A stretch of 64,000 nt of DNA from positions 310,001-374,000 of the forward strand of contig NW_026781956.1 in assembly GCF_031769215.1 (NCBI RefSeq), read 5' to 3'. Every line of letters begins with the position of its first letter. Position 1 is the stretch's first letter. Positions 1-12,200 of this stretch are shown here, one piece after another. The stretch is from Ylistrum balloti (taxonomy: Eukaryota). The notes beneath the pieces are model-generated. The model was not told the origin of the DNA and made no database searches. It saw nothing but the letters and a program-made list of their open reading frames with translations. The position numbers and the translations under genes are program-made.

Positions 1-150
1 CTGTACCTAATAACCCCTCTCTCATGACTTTCCTGTACCTAATAACCCCTCTCTCATGACTTACCTGTAGCTTATAAACCCCTCTCCATGACATACATGT
101 AGCTTATAAACCCCTCTCTCATGACTTACCTGTAGCTTATAAACCCCTCC
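1..150. repeat. 32-33 bp tandem repeat containing the exon end and splice donor at 130
   Basis: TTACCTGTAGCTTATAAACCCCTCTCTCATGAC, about 4.5 copies, continues off the edge. Confidence 0.9.
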
Positions 151-215
151 CCTCGCCTGTCTAGTCGTCTTGCTACCATCCTCATATCCCGGTCAGGGAG
201 TGGGGCGCCGATTTT
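130..215 (-). CDS. LRRC74-like: LRRC74-like exon with second EF-hand-like motif (KIGAPLPDRDMRMVARRLDRRGEGFISY)
   Basis: Acceptor ggttattacag, donor CAG|GTAAGT, 86 nt, phase 0-2. Confidence 0.85.
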
Positions 216-3200
216 CTGTAATAACCATATACCAAGTTTGAATTTCAATATCGTAAAATGATATCATTATTCACTTTCAATCATAGATCAGTATTTCATT
301 AGTACACTATTACCTTTAGTCCCCTCATGAAGCTTTCTTTCGTGACATGCGCATGACTGTCCGTGTCAAATATTCGGAAGAGGTCGACTACCCGTATGCC
401 CATGACACCAAGGTAACGAATGAGAAGTGTGAAGGGGTCCTCCCGACGCTCTGAAACGCAGATGTCATACATATATTTATAAGCGATATTTGTATTTTAA
501 TCCATTTGACATTTAAAGATATTTAGTTATATCAAAGAACGTGTCACATTACTTTGGCCTTACCTCTGCGAATGGCTATGTGGAACGCCTTAACTCTAAT
601 GATGACAATGTGGAATGTCTTACCTCTAATGATGGCTATGTGGAATTCCCTGACTCTAAGGATGACTATGTTGAATGCCTTACCTCTGCGGATACCAATA
701 ATGTCCTTGGTGTCAAGTATACCTCCATGGTTGACAGAAAATAGGCGTTGGAACCGGATTTCTTCCACAACTGCCATAACCTTGGAGTTTATTGGGATGT
801 CCTAACAACACAGGTGATACAATATTAAATAAGGGCCAAACGTCTGGAAATGGTTGACTAAAGTCGGACTCGGTAAGGGCACCTAGGAATGCATTCTTTC
901 GAGTCTAATTCTAAATATTTCACCCACATTAATTACATGTTTAATGTAAAATACTGGTATTACAATATGGATACAAACATTAAGAGAATAAACCACTTGT
1001 TCTGAATATAAATTCTAGTACAGTTGAACATTTTGATATAAACCCTTTCGGTGCCTCTTACCTCCAGTCCCACGTGCATCACGCTACTGTTGGAACCACT
1101 CACAGATTTCAGCAGTTTCAAACAACCCTCCATCGATATCGGGTTATTGCCGATCTGAAAAAATTAGAAAAAAAGGAGACATACATAATGTACTGGTGTA
1201 ATTACCATTTTGGGGATTCATTGCCTTTTGTGATTGGCGACACGCATTCTAACTGCCATAACTCCGTCTACTGCACAATCAATGTAGCCGTGCACTCTAC
1301 AACAGTGGCGGGTCTCAAATTTATACATTCATGTACTCTGGCTCTCTACGTATCAACTGATACGTAAAATATATCAATATTCTTAACAAATGTTAAACAT
1401 CGTCTGAAAATAGCATTAATGACACAAACAAATAACGATAAACTAGAGCGTAGCCGTTAAGAATATGAATCTATTATAGATACATCAACTATAAAGGTGT
1501 GCGTTGTATTCTACAACCTCCAAGGGCTACAGTCCCGATAGGCAGCCAATTAGGATCACATGATGAGTATCATACCTTAAGCATTTGTAATGAGGTGTTG
1601 AATTTGAGTCCCCGGGCGATGTAGACAACGCCCTCCCAGTTGATACGATTGTTACTGATATCAAGAACCCGTATAGTCTTGTTGAGCTTGATAGCCTCCT
1701 CCAGCACGATACTGCCCTCAAAGGCGAATCCATTCCAGGACAAGTTCAGGTTGACAATAGAAGTATTTTTCTGTGAGTGTAAGATAAAACCATGTAAGTG
1801 GAACTGATATGTCTTTATGCTGTTTACACTCTTTTAAGTCTATGAAATCCCCACTTTGCATCGACTTCGCAAAACAGTGTTAAAGTCACAACTGTTTCGG
1901 ACAAGCAAATCAGGCAAGGGTTTTGCAGAACATGCTACAGAACACACCGACAATATGCACAGGACACTTTCCCTTTCAAATTCCGTGCCTTTAATTATTT
2001 CTTTTTGTTTTGTTTGTCTTTTTTGTTGTTTTTGGGAGTTTTTTTCATTCAACTCCGTTTCCAGTATATTCTGATTTTTTTAGCAATTGTTTCCCAGTAA
2101 ATAATATCTCCTGTTTGTATCAGTGTAATAAAACGGTTTAACTTAGGTAAGTACTAACAGAATTATTATAACAAGTTCTGGTTTCCCTCGCCTTGGTTAA
2201 TATACCTGGTGTTAGTAAACCGCGCACTTGTCATATTGATCGATGACATACTTTAATTGTATACTAAAGTACATGTGACTGTATTATCATGCAAGTCTTT
2301 TTTTCTGAACAGTTACGTTCTTGTTAAGACAATCGGGCTGTAATCAACAAGCCGTTAAAATCAGTACCTGAAGGCCTCTGCACAGCGCCACTGCACCCAT
2401 ACGCCGGATGTGGTTCCAGCTCAGGTTTAACACCTCTAGCGTGTCGTTGATTTCTGTAAGAAGGAGTTCATTACGTTACATAAGTATAACTTCAAAATTA
2501 TAACATCGGGTTAAGACAATTCTGTACGCCCCCTTTCCTAGCTAAGAAAGGTGATTTCTTTCAGATCTTCCAACAAACTATAGGCATTACTTCTGGGAAC
2601 AAACTGTACTCATCTCTCGGCTGACTTATTTACTGTTTTTTATAGTTCAAAATTTATCAAAGAGTTCATGGAAACAGGTCGCAAAGACCTTCAATTTCAC
2701 AGTCAGATGTTCAGCTATTTATTGACTATATCTGTCCATCCTATATACCTATTGGAATTAGAAATCAGAGACACGTCAGACTTCTACATCAGCCGCGTAT
2801 CACGATCTTTACTTATACTGAAATCAACAAGAACTTTCCACCACGCAGTACGATACACTTTAGTAAGCATGATAATTTCGATATCCCTTGTATGGATTTT
2901 CTACATTTTGATAACAACGATAAAGATTCTATTAACATTGTTGTTTTTGCAGTCCTCGAACTTTTTTTGGCTTTATCAATGTTGATTCGACTTTTCTGTT
3001 GTTCAATAACCAGCTGATTTTCCTTTTTATTCTGTGTACACGTAATTCAGTTGGTGTACACGTAATTAGGTTGGTGTACACGTAATTCAGTTGGTGTACA
3101 CGTAATTCGGTTGGTGTACACGTAATTCAGTTGGTGTACACGTAATTCAGTTGGTGTACACGTAATTCGGTTGGTGTACACGTAATTCAGTTGGTGTACA

Positions 3201-6200
3201 CGTAATTAGGTTTGTGTACACGTAATTCAGTTGGTGTACACGTAATTGAGTTGGTATGCACGTAATTCAGTTGGTGTACACGTAATTAGGTTTGTGTACA
3301 CGTAATTCAGTTGGTGTACACGTAATTCGGTTGGTGTACACGTAATTCAGTTGGTATGCACGTAATTCAGTTGGTGTACACGTAATTAGGTTGGTGTACA
3401 CGTAATTCAGTTGGTGTACACGTAATTCGGTTGGTGTACACGTAATTCAGTTGGTGTACACGTAATTCGGTTGTGTACACGTAATTCAGTTGGTGTGCAC
3501 GTAATTCAGTTGGTGTACACGTAATTAGGTTTGTGTACACGTAATTCAGTTGGTGTACACGTAATTCAGTTGGTGTACACGTAATTCGGTTGGTGTACAC
3601 GTAATTCAGTTGGTGTACACGTAATTAGGTTGGTGTACACGTAATTCAGTTGGTGTACACGTAATTCAGTTGGTATGCACGTAATTCAGTTGGTGTACAC
3701 GTAATTAGGTTGGTGTACACGTAATTCAGTTGGTGTACACGTAATTCGGTTGGTGTACACGTAATTCGGTTGGTTACAGTAATTCAGTTGGTTTACACGT
3801 AATTCAGTTGGTGTACACGTAAGTTGGTGTACACGTAATTCGGTTGGTGTACACGTAATTCAGTTGGTGTACACGTAATTCGGTTGGTGTACACGTAATT
3901 CAGTTGGTGTGCACGTAATTCAGTTGGTGTACACGTAATTAGGTTTGTGTACACGTAATTCAGTTGGTGTACATGTAATTCAGTTGGTTTACACGTAATT
4001 CAGTTGGTATGTACGTAATTCAGTTGGTGTACACGTAATTAGGTTGGTGTACACGTAATTCAGTTGGTGTACACGTAATTCGGTTGGTGTACACGTAATT
4101 CGGTTGTTGTCCACGTAATTCAGTTGGTGTACACGTAATTCAGTTGGTATGCACGTAATTCAGTTGGTGTACACGTAATTAGGTTGGTGTACACGTAATT
4201 CAGTTGGTGTACACGTAAGTTGGTTACACGTAATTAGGTTGGTGTACACGTAATTCAGTTGGTGTACACGTAATTCAGTTGGTGTACACGTAATTCGGTT
4301 GGTGTACACGTAATTCAGTTGGTGTGCACGAAGTTCAGTTGGTGTACCCGTAATTCGGTTGGTGTGCACGTAATTCGGCTGGAATTCAGATATTCCGTAT
4401 TTAAAAAACTTGATGTTTATGTTACATCTCATAATTTAAATTCCTTCATAAAATACATTTTTGTTCTGTTTTATTTTTGCAGCCGTAAATCGTTTTAACG
4501 ATATAATGTCCCTTTAATATTTATGATACTGATTGCTATCTTATTTTCCTAAACATCTACACATTCCTTTGTTGAGCAATGCTGTTTGCATTTATGTGTT
4601 ATTGTCTGTTTTATCCGGTAAACATTTGAAATCTGACTCCCAATCCAATTTTGAATTTATTGGTTTAGATACGATAGAAGTAGGCCGTCGGTACATGCAA
4701 TAATAAATCCGACCTTTTTATGAAAATGTGATTGCATTTTACCCGTGATCACATAACACTCACACGTGTTGTTCGTCGTGACTAAATACCCCATCTGTCA
4801 CTACAAGTTATCCCAGAGAAAGTCCTGACTGACCGAACTGACCAGGTGTAGAGACAACCTATCACTGCCCTAAACCTGGTCACGTGTTATAACAACTAGA
4901 AGACACTAAGAACTTTTTAATAGATGAACTCGTGATTATGGACTGTGATAAGATACTGACTGTCCAAGTTAATTGAGAATCTCGTTTTTTTAAGTTCAAG
5001 GGTGATAACTATGTAACTTTTATCACCAATTTGTGTCAAGGTGTAGACACAGACAGGTTGTTTATTCAGATCATTGCCATTTTTTCGAACCGAAAGAGTA
5101 GATGGTCGATCTAAAATGCTATACAAAAGCATTGGATATGTGTTATATCAGGGGCGTGACAACTGAAATAAAATTGGAGATCTGCAAAATATATGGTACG
5201 GAATCTGTGATAGAATATAACAAAACTTATAAATGAAATATTTGTTCCGTAGAGACAGCAACACGTCTACAACCACGACAGTACGGACAAGTGAATAGTC
5301 AACTTTTCGAGTTTTTTGTATCTTGATAAAGGGGCAGATTGCCTCGAAAATTTGACAATTTTACCTCCATCACTACACAACTACATACCTCCATCATTAC
5401 ACAACTACATGCCTCCATCATTTTATAACTACATGCCTCCATCATTATATAACTACATACCTCCATCATTACACAACTACATACCTCCATCATTATATAA
5501 CTATAGACCTCCATTATTATATACCTACATACCTCCATCATTATACAACTACATACCTCCATCATTATATAACTACATACCTCCATCATTATATAACTAC
5601 ATACCTCCATCATTACACAACTACATACCTCCATCATTATATAACTACATAACAATACGATAAAGATACAGACTGTGCTGCCAAGGACATTAATTGTTAT
5701 TTTTTATTGTTGTGATGAACACTTACCAAGAGCTGCTCCAAGATTATGTGCGCCGTGTTCTCCAATTTCATTGTGACTGAGGTCAACCCACACCAGGCTA
5801 ACATTGCCCTTGGAAGACAAATGACCATATCAAGACAATCAGAACAATGTTCGATCTAAACATCAATTTTGTTTTTTATGAGTCCTGCCTTTATAAAAAA
5901 AATCACATTATCGACTTCATTCACCGTTGAAATCTATTTTTCATGACTCACAATGTTCACAAACATTACACAATCTGTAGCAACGTAACGTTCAATGTTT
6001 GTAGCAGACTAACTCACCCTCAGGCCATGTGCTATCTGTTTCACTTTTATATCCCCGAGGTGACAACCTACAATAATAAAAGATGATAATATGTTTCCTG
6101 TAAATATTTATCTTTCACTGGCCTTGATATATTTTACACTAAACTGAGCATATTATATTAATTTTTCTTGTTCAGATTGTCAACTATATTTGTCAGAAAG

Positions 6201-9200
6201 GAATTTGAAATTTCTTTGAACGGTCACTTTCCTGGTATTTTTTTAAATTTTTTTTTTTTGACGATTCTTATACTTGAGTGTCTTTGTCGGACACTGTCCT
6301 GAATGTCTTTGTCGGACACTGTCCTGAATGTCTTTGTCGGCCATTTATCTGGAATGTCTTTGTCGGCCACTGTCCTGAATGTCTTTGTCGGCCACTGTCC
6401 TGAATGTCTTTGTCGGCCACTTTCCTGAATGTCTTTGTCGCCACTATTCTGAAAAATGTCTCTGTCGGACACTGTCCTGAATGTCTTTGTCGGACACTGT
6501 CCTGAATGTCTTTGTCGGCCACTATCTGGAATGTCTTTGTCGGCCATTTATCTGGAATGTCTTTGTCGGACACTGTCCTGAATATCTTTGTCGGACACTA
6601 TCTGAAGTATCTGAAGTGTCTTTGTCGGACACAATGCTGAATGTCTTTGCTGGCCACTGTTAAGTATCTGATGTGTTTTTGTCGGATAATATTCTGATTG
6701 TTTTTGCCAAACACTATTATGAAGTGTCTTTGCCGGCCACAATTCTGCAGTGTCTTTGTCGGACACAATTCTGAAGTGTCTTTGCCGGCCACACTTCTGA
6801 AGTGTCTTTGTCGGACACACTTCTGAAATGTCTTTGTCGGACACAATTCTGAAGTGTCTTTGCCGGCCACTTAGTCCTTGTCTAAAGTGTGTTTCGCTAA
6901 CTATTTGGAGTGTGATCAAACATTCAATGAACCTATATAGAAGGAAGTAACAGGACAAATAGAACATTTAATATGTGATACATTACCAGACAAATTTAGA
7001 TGTGTGAGGAAAGTTGTCTCCGTCAACATTTCTCCTAGAACTACTGCACAGCTTTTATTTAAGGCATTCTCTGATAAACTCTGTAAAGTATGTTTATATA
7101 GACAAATTATAATGATATTAATGTATACATATACTATAGTGATAATAAAGGATACATATATACATATATCAATGCATTGCAGTGATAACAAAGTATACAT
7201 ACATATATACATACATTACAATGACATTAGATACATGTACATTATATGACAGGTCTAGAAGCAGTGTAACAACACCTTTTATTGGTATTTAGACTACCAG
7301 CAACGCCCCTTAATGAAATCAACATTGTATATTAAATTGATAGTAACAAAATATGTTTACTGTATTGTAATACTGGAAAAATACTAGCCGCAATATACTA
7401 CACTCGACTAGAGAGAACTTCTCTTTAGCTCGATTGGATGAGCGTCAGAATAGTAAGCCAGGGGTCTCGGGTTCGATTCCTAGCGGAGGCATTGAAATAA
7501 ATAATGACATCTGTTACAGTATCTCATACCACATCGGCAAAGTAACAAGACTTTTCATTGGTTAATAAGTGTGCTGAGCCATGTACTGCGAAATGCCCCT
7601 CCTACAGCTCCGTCTCTATACTAAAACTACCTCTCACAGTGACGCGTATTTGTGTGGAACGAAAACATGACATCGCGTGACGAATACTTGCATGCGCAAA
7701 AGAACAGCCAACTTTTAATGAATAATTTGGTTTTATGTGTATTTTGGGTAGCTGATAGACACAGAAGTCACGTGTCATGTCATGACGTGTAGGCTAGACA
7801 AAATATATATTGTCAGTAACACTGACCCCGTTAGAGGAAATCCATTCAAACATGCCCTTAAACTTGGAAAATGTTCCACTCTCTCGCTTTTTTAATACAT
7901 GATTAATAAGGCCGTGTTCTTTAACAGCCGCAAGAGTAAAAACTACTCGTTAAAAAAAGTTTCACTGTCTGGACGTTATATGGATACAATATAGCTGGTT
8001 TAATCGGAAAAAATACAAACACTGTACAGGTGAGGGAATTTGGTAGACATCCTTATTACAACTAGTTATTTACGAATTTTGTTTTAGAAATTGCAAATGG
8101 CCCAAGGCCGAAAATGACCGAAGGGGCATTTTCTTGTACGGACTCGGTCTGATATAATCGGCACCAAATGTTGAACATTAACGACTAATGGGAGATAACT
8201 CGTTCTTACAATAGCGGGACTATTTTTCATGATTGTTTTGTTGTGGTCAACAGACGGGATGAGTTAGGGGGTATTCTTGTAGCAGCTGATAGCTACCTCA
8301 TTGATAAACATACTGGATGTCCGTCGCATGCCATCAACAACAGCGAGGGTAGAGCGCCATACCCTAGGATATAACTACGATAGTACCGGACGGTATGAGA
8401 TTGCCGACCCACACACCTCAAGTCCCGACATAATTAACCGTCGGAGCTAACGCGGTCCCCTATTTATCAGGACTATTGGTGATACGTTCTGAAACTTATA
8501 GACAATTCCATCAAACATTATTTTAATCAGCTGCAAAAATTGTTTTTGCGTATGTATATGTTATAAACGAAGAAAAAACAGATATATTTATAACCTAGGA
8601 GTCAGTATTGCTTCATCTAAACTTATATGTCATCGAACGTTTTATTCAATACATAAAGTGTGGTGTGGAAACGTACACTGTATAACCCTCTGTAATTGCA
8701 GAAGTTGAGAGTTAGTGGGAATTCTCCTTTAGTTTAGTAGTAGCATGTCCGGACAGAGACTGAAGGGTCGCTAGTTCGAATCCCATTAGAGGGAAAATGT
8801 TTTTCATTACTCCCTCCTATTACATGTACGTAATTATGAATCTACCAACCCTGATCATGGCACTGGTCATATTAACGATGTTGACACTGACCATGGTACT
8901 CACCATATTAACGATGTTGACACTGACCATGGTACTCACCATATTAACGATGTTGACACTGACCATGGTACTCACCATATTAACGATGATGACACTGACG
9001 ATGTTGACACTGATGATGGTACTCACCAAGTTTGCGATGTTGATATTGTGATGTAAAACTTCTACAACATGTACGATAGCCTCCTCTGACAGTCCATTGT
9101 CCTCTAGATCCAGGCTCTCCACTCGGTTGTTGTGCTGCAAATAATATAACGATATATCGTCAGGAGAGACCCATCTGCACTTCAATTGTCTTGTATGAAT

Positions 9201-12200
9201 ATTTTACTTTTCCTTTAATACTTCAGTCTTTTTACTTTTATTTTTGCTTTCGTTGTTTTTGTTTTCGTTGTTTTTCAAATGGTATGCACACAACTTACCA
9301 ACAGAGCATATGCTAGGGCTACCGTATCCTTGGCATTGAGTCCCACGTGCTGAAGGCGGATCTCGCGCTCCCTGAGCTGTTGTAAGATTAACCGGATAGG
9401 CGAGGAGCCTAAGAGCTGACATGCGTCCATATAGGACACGTGACCAATGTCTACATTTTCCCTCCTCTCCCTGTTCTTTTCGTCTTCGTCTTAAGAGATA
9501 GAAAAAAAACGCTTCTATGTCAGTGAAATAAGTATGACTTTATGTTGTTTAATTTATATCTAAACAACAGTGCGGTCTATATCTAAAAATTATACACAAC
9601 AGTGCGGTCTATATCTAAAAATTATACACAACAGTGCGGTCTATATCTAAACACTATACACAACAGTGCGGTCTATATCTAAAAATTATACACAACAGTG
9701 CGGTCTATATCTAAACACTATACACAACAGTGCGGTCTATATCTAAACACTATACACAACAGTGCGGTCTATATCTAAACACTATACACAACAGTGTTAT
9801 CTATATCTAAACACTATACACAACAGTGCGGTCTATATCTAAACACTATACACAACAGTGCGGTCTATATTTAAACACTATACACAACAGTGCGGTCTAT
9901 ATTTAAACACTATACACAACAGTGTTGTATATATCTAAACACTAAACACAACAGGGCGGTCTATATCTAAACATTATACACAACAGTGCGGTCTATATCT
10001 AAACACTATACACAACAGTGCGGTCTATATCTAAACACTATACACAACAGTGTTATCTATATCTAAACACTATACACAAAAGTCAGTCTATATCTAAACA
10101 CTATACACAACAGTGCGGTCTATATCTAAACACTATACACAACAGTGCGGTCTATATCTAAACACTATACACAACAGTGCGGTCTATATCTAAACACTAT
10201 ACACAATAGTGCTGTATATATCTAAACACTATACACAACAGTGCGACATCTTGAATGTTTTCATCAATGTTCATTATACAACCAGTCAAAGATATTACCG
10301 ATATTATGTGAATATTTTATTGCCGGAATCTGTGAATACTTAATGTGTTAATGCCCCAGAGCCAGTTCTAATGTACATTGTTTCTAAGTCCTTGAGTTAT
10401 ATAAGCGCCTATTTTATTTATTTATTTGTTTTTTATTTTTACTTTCTAAAACTAGATGCATCCGTCGACACGTTGATATCTGTCAATTTGATATATTTAA
10501 TGCCAGGCACGTGGTAATGCTCACTGAAGCTAGCGGTGATAGGTATATATATGTACAGGATTAACGGTCATCGTACACATTTTCTGTTCCGTATTTTGAT
10601 ATCGTTTTGTCTCGTACCGAATCGCTCCTTACTTTAGAACAGTTTGTCCCGTACCGAGTCGTTCCGAATTTTAGAATCGTTTTGTTCAGTGTCAAATCGT
10701 TCCGTACTTTAGAATCGTTTTGTCCGGTATCAAATCGTTCCGTACTATAGAATAGTTTTGTCCGGTATCAAATCGTTCCGTACTTTAGAATCGTTTTGTT
10801 CGGTATCAAAACGTTCCGTACTGTAGTATAATTTTCTTTCGTCCTGAATCGTTCCATATTTCAGTATCGTTTTGTCTTGTATCGAGTCGTCCATAATTTT
10901 ATAATCGTTTCGTCCAGTATCAAATATTTCCGTACTTTTGTATCGTTTTGTCCGGTACAGAATCGTTCTGTACTTTATAATAGTTTTGTCACGTACCGAA
11001 TCGTTCCGTACTTTAGAATCGTTTTGTTCGGTACCGAATCGTTCCGTATTTTAGAATCGTTTTGGTCGTTTTGTTCGGTACCGAATCGTTCCGTACTTTA
11101 GAATCGTTTTGTTCGGTACCGAATCGTTCCGTACTTTAGAATCGTTTTGTTCGGTACCGAATCGTTCCGTATTTTAGTATCGTTTTGTTCCGTAACACAC
11201 CGTTCCAATTTTTGTACGTCTCGCGCTTTAAACCGAAAATCATATCAACAGGAAATAAGATGTGTTTTGGTCTTCATTGGTTAAAATCTACTTTATTGAA
11301 CAAGAATTTGGCATTACAAGTTTCAAAGTTTTATTGTGATATGCAGTTTGTTAGAATTATTTTGACTTTTTGGTACTTTTATTTTATTTCCACTTCTCTA
11401 TGAATGCTTGTAGGAATATTGTGTAGGTCAAGGTACTTTTCTAACCAATCCTTAGGTCAGAAGCTCACAGAAAGTTCCAGCGAGTTACCTGTCCAAATAC
11501 CGATTTATTTTAGTTTATTTTTTGTTATTTATTTTTCAACCAATTTCAATCAAAATTTTGAAACACACAATTCCAAAGACACTCACTTTGTTTTCCATAG
11601 ACAGGTGAATACTAATCAGAAAAAATCGCGAACCTGTACCAGATTAGCCAAGGGAGATAAGCATGGCAGACTTCGTGATCGCAACTTGTAAACCCTACAA
11701 AAATCCACAACGCCATTGCAGCAATCCTTAGATTGAAGACCAAATAACCATGACAATTATAAGATAATTGTAGAACATGAAACAACATCTATAAGACACG
11801 CGTGCCATTGTAAGTATCATTAAATCCATTAGCCAATCAATAAAGAACTGAAACATTTTTCCAAACCCTTGTTAACATTCCGTCAGGTTAATGAGCACAT
11901 TTTACGACCTTCAGTCGTTCTCCTCAATAGTTGACGAGAATGGACACGTGCGCTTACACTCACATAAGTTATATTAACAAACTTAAATTGGGCTGTATAA
12001 TACAGTTTATATAGACATCCTGTTGATTAAGATCATTATTGAATAACTAGTACAGCCAAGAAGCTGATCATAACTGTAGAGGACTTTAAAGATTTAGTGT
12101 CAAATCTCAAAAACAGATCAACCGCAGAATCATAGCTGTGGTCACATACTTAACACACGTGTAATAAGTGTTGTGTTTACACACTTGACACAACTATGAT

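Noticed and set aside
7419-8794. Functional tRNA genes
   Set aside because: Acceptor and anticodon stems are mispaired in both; called tRNA-like only.
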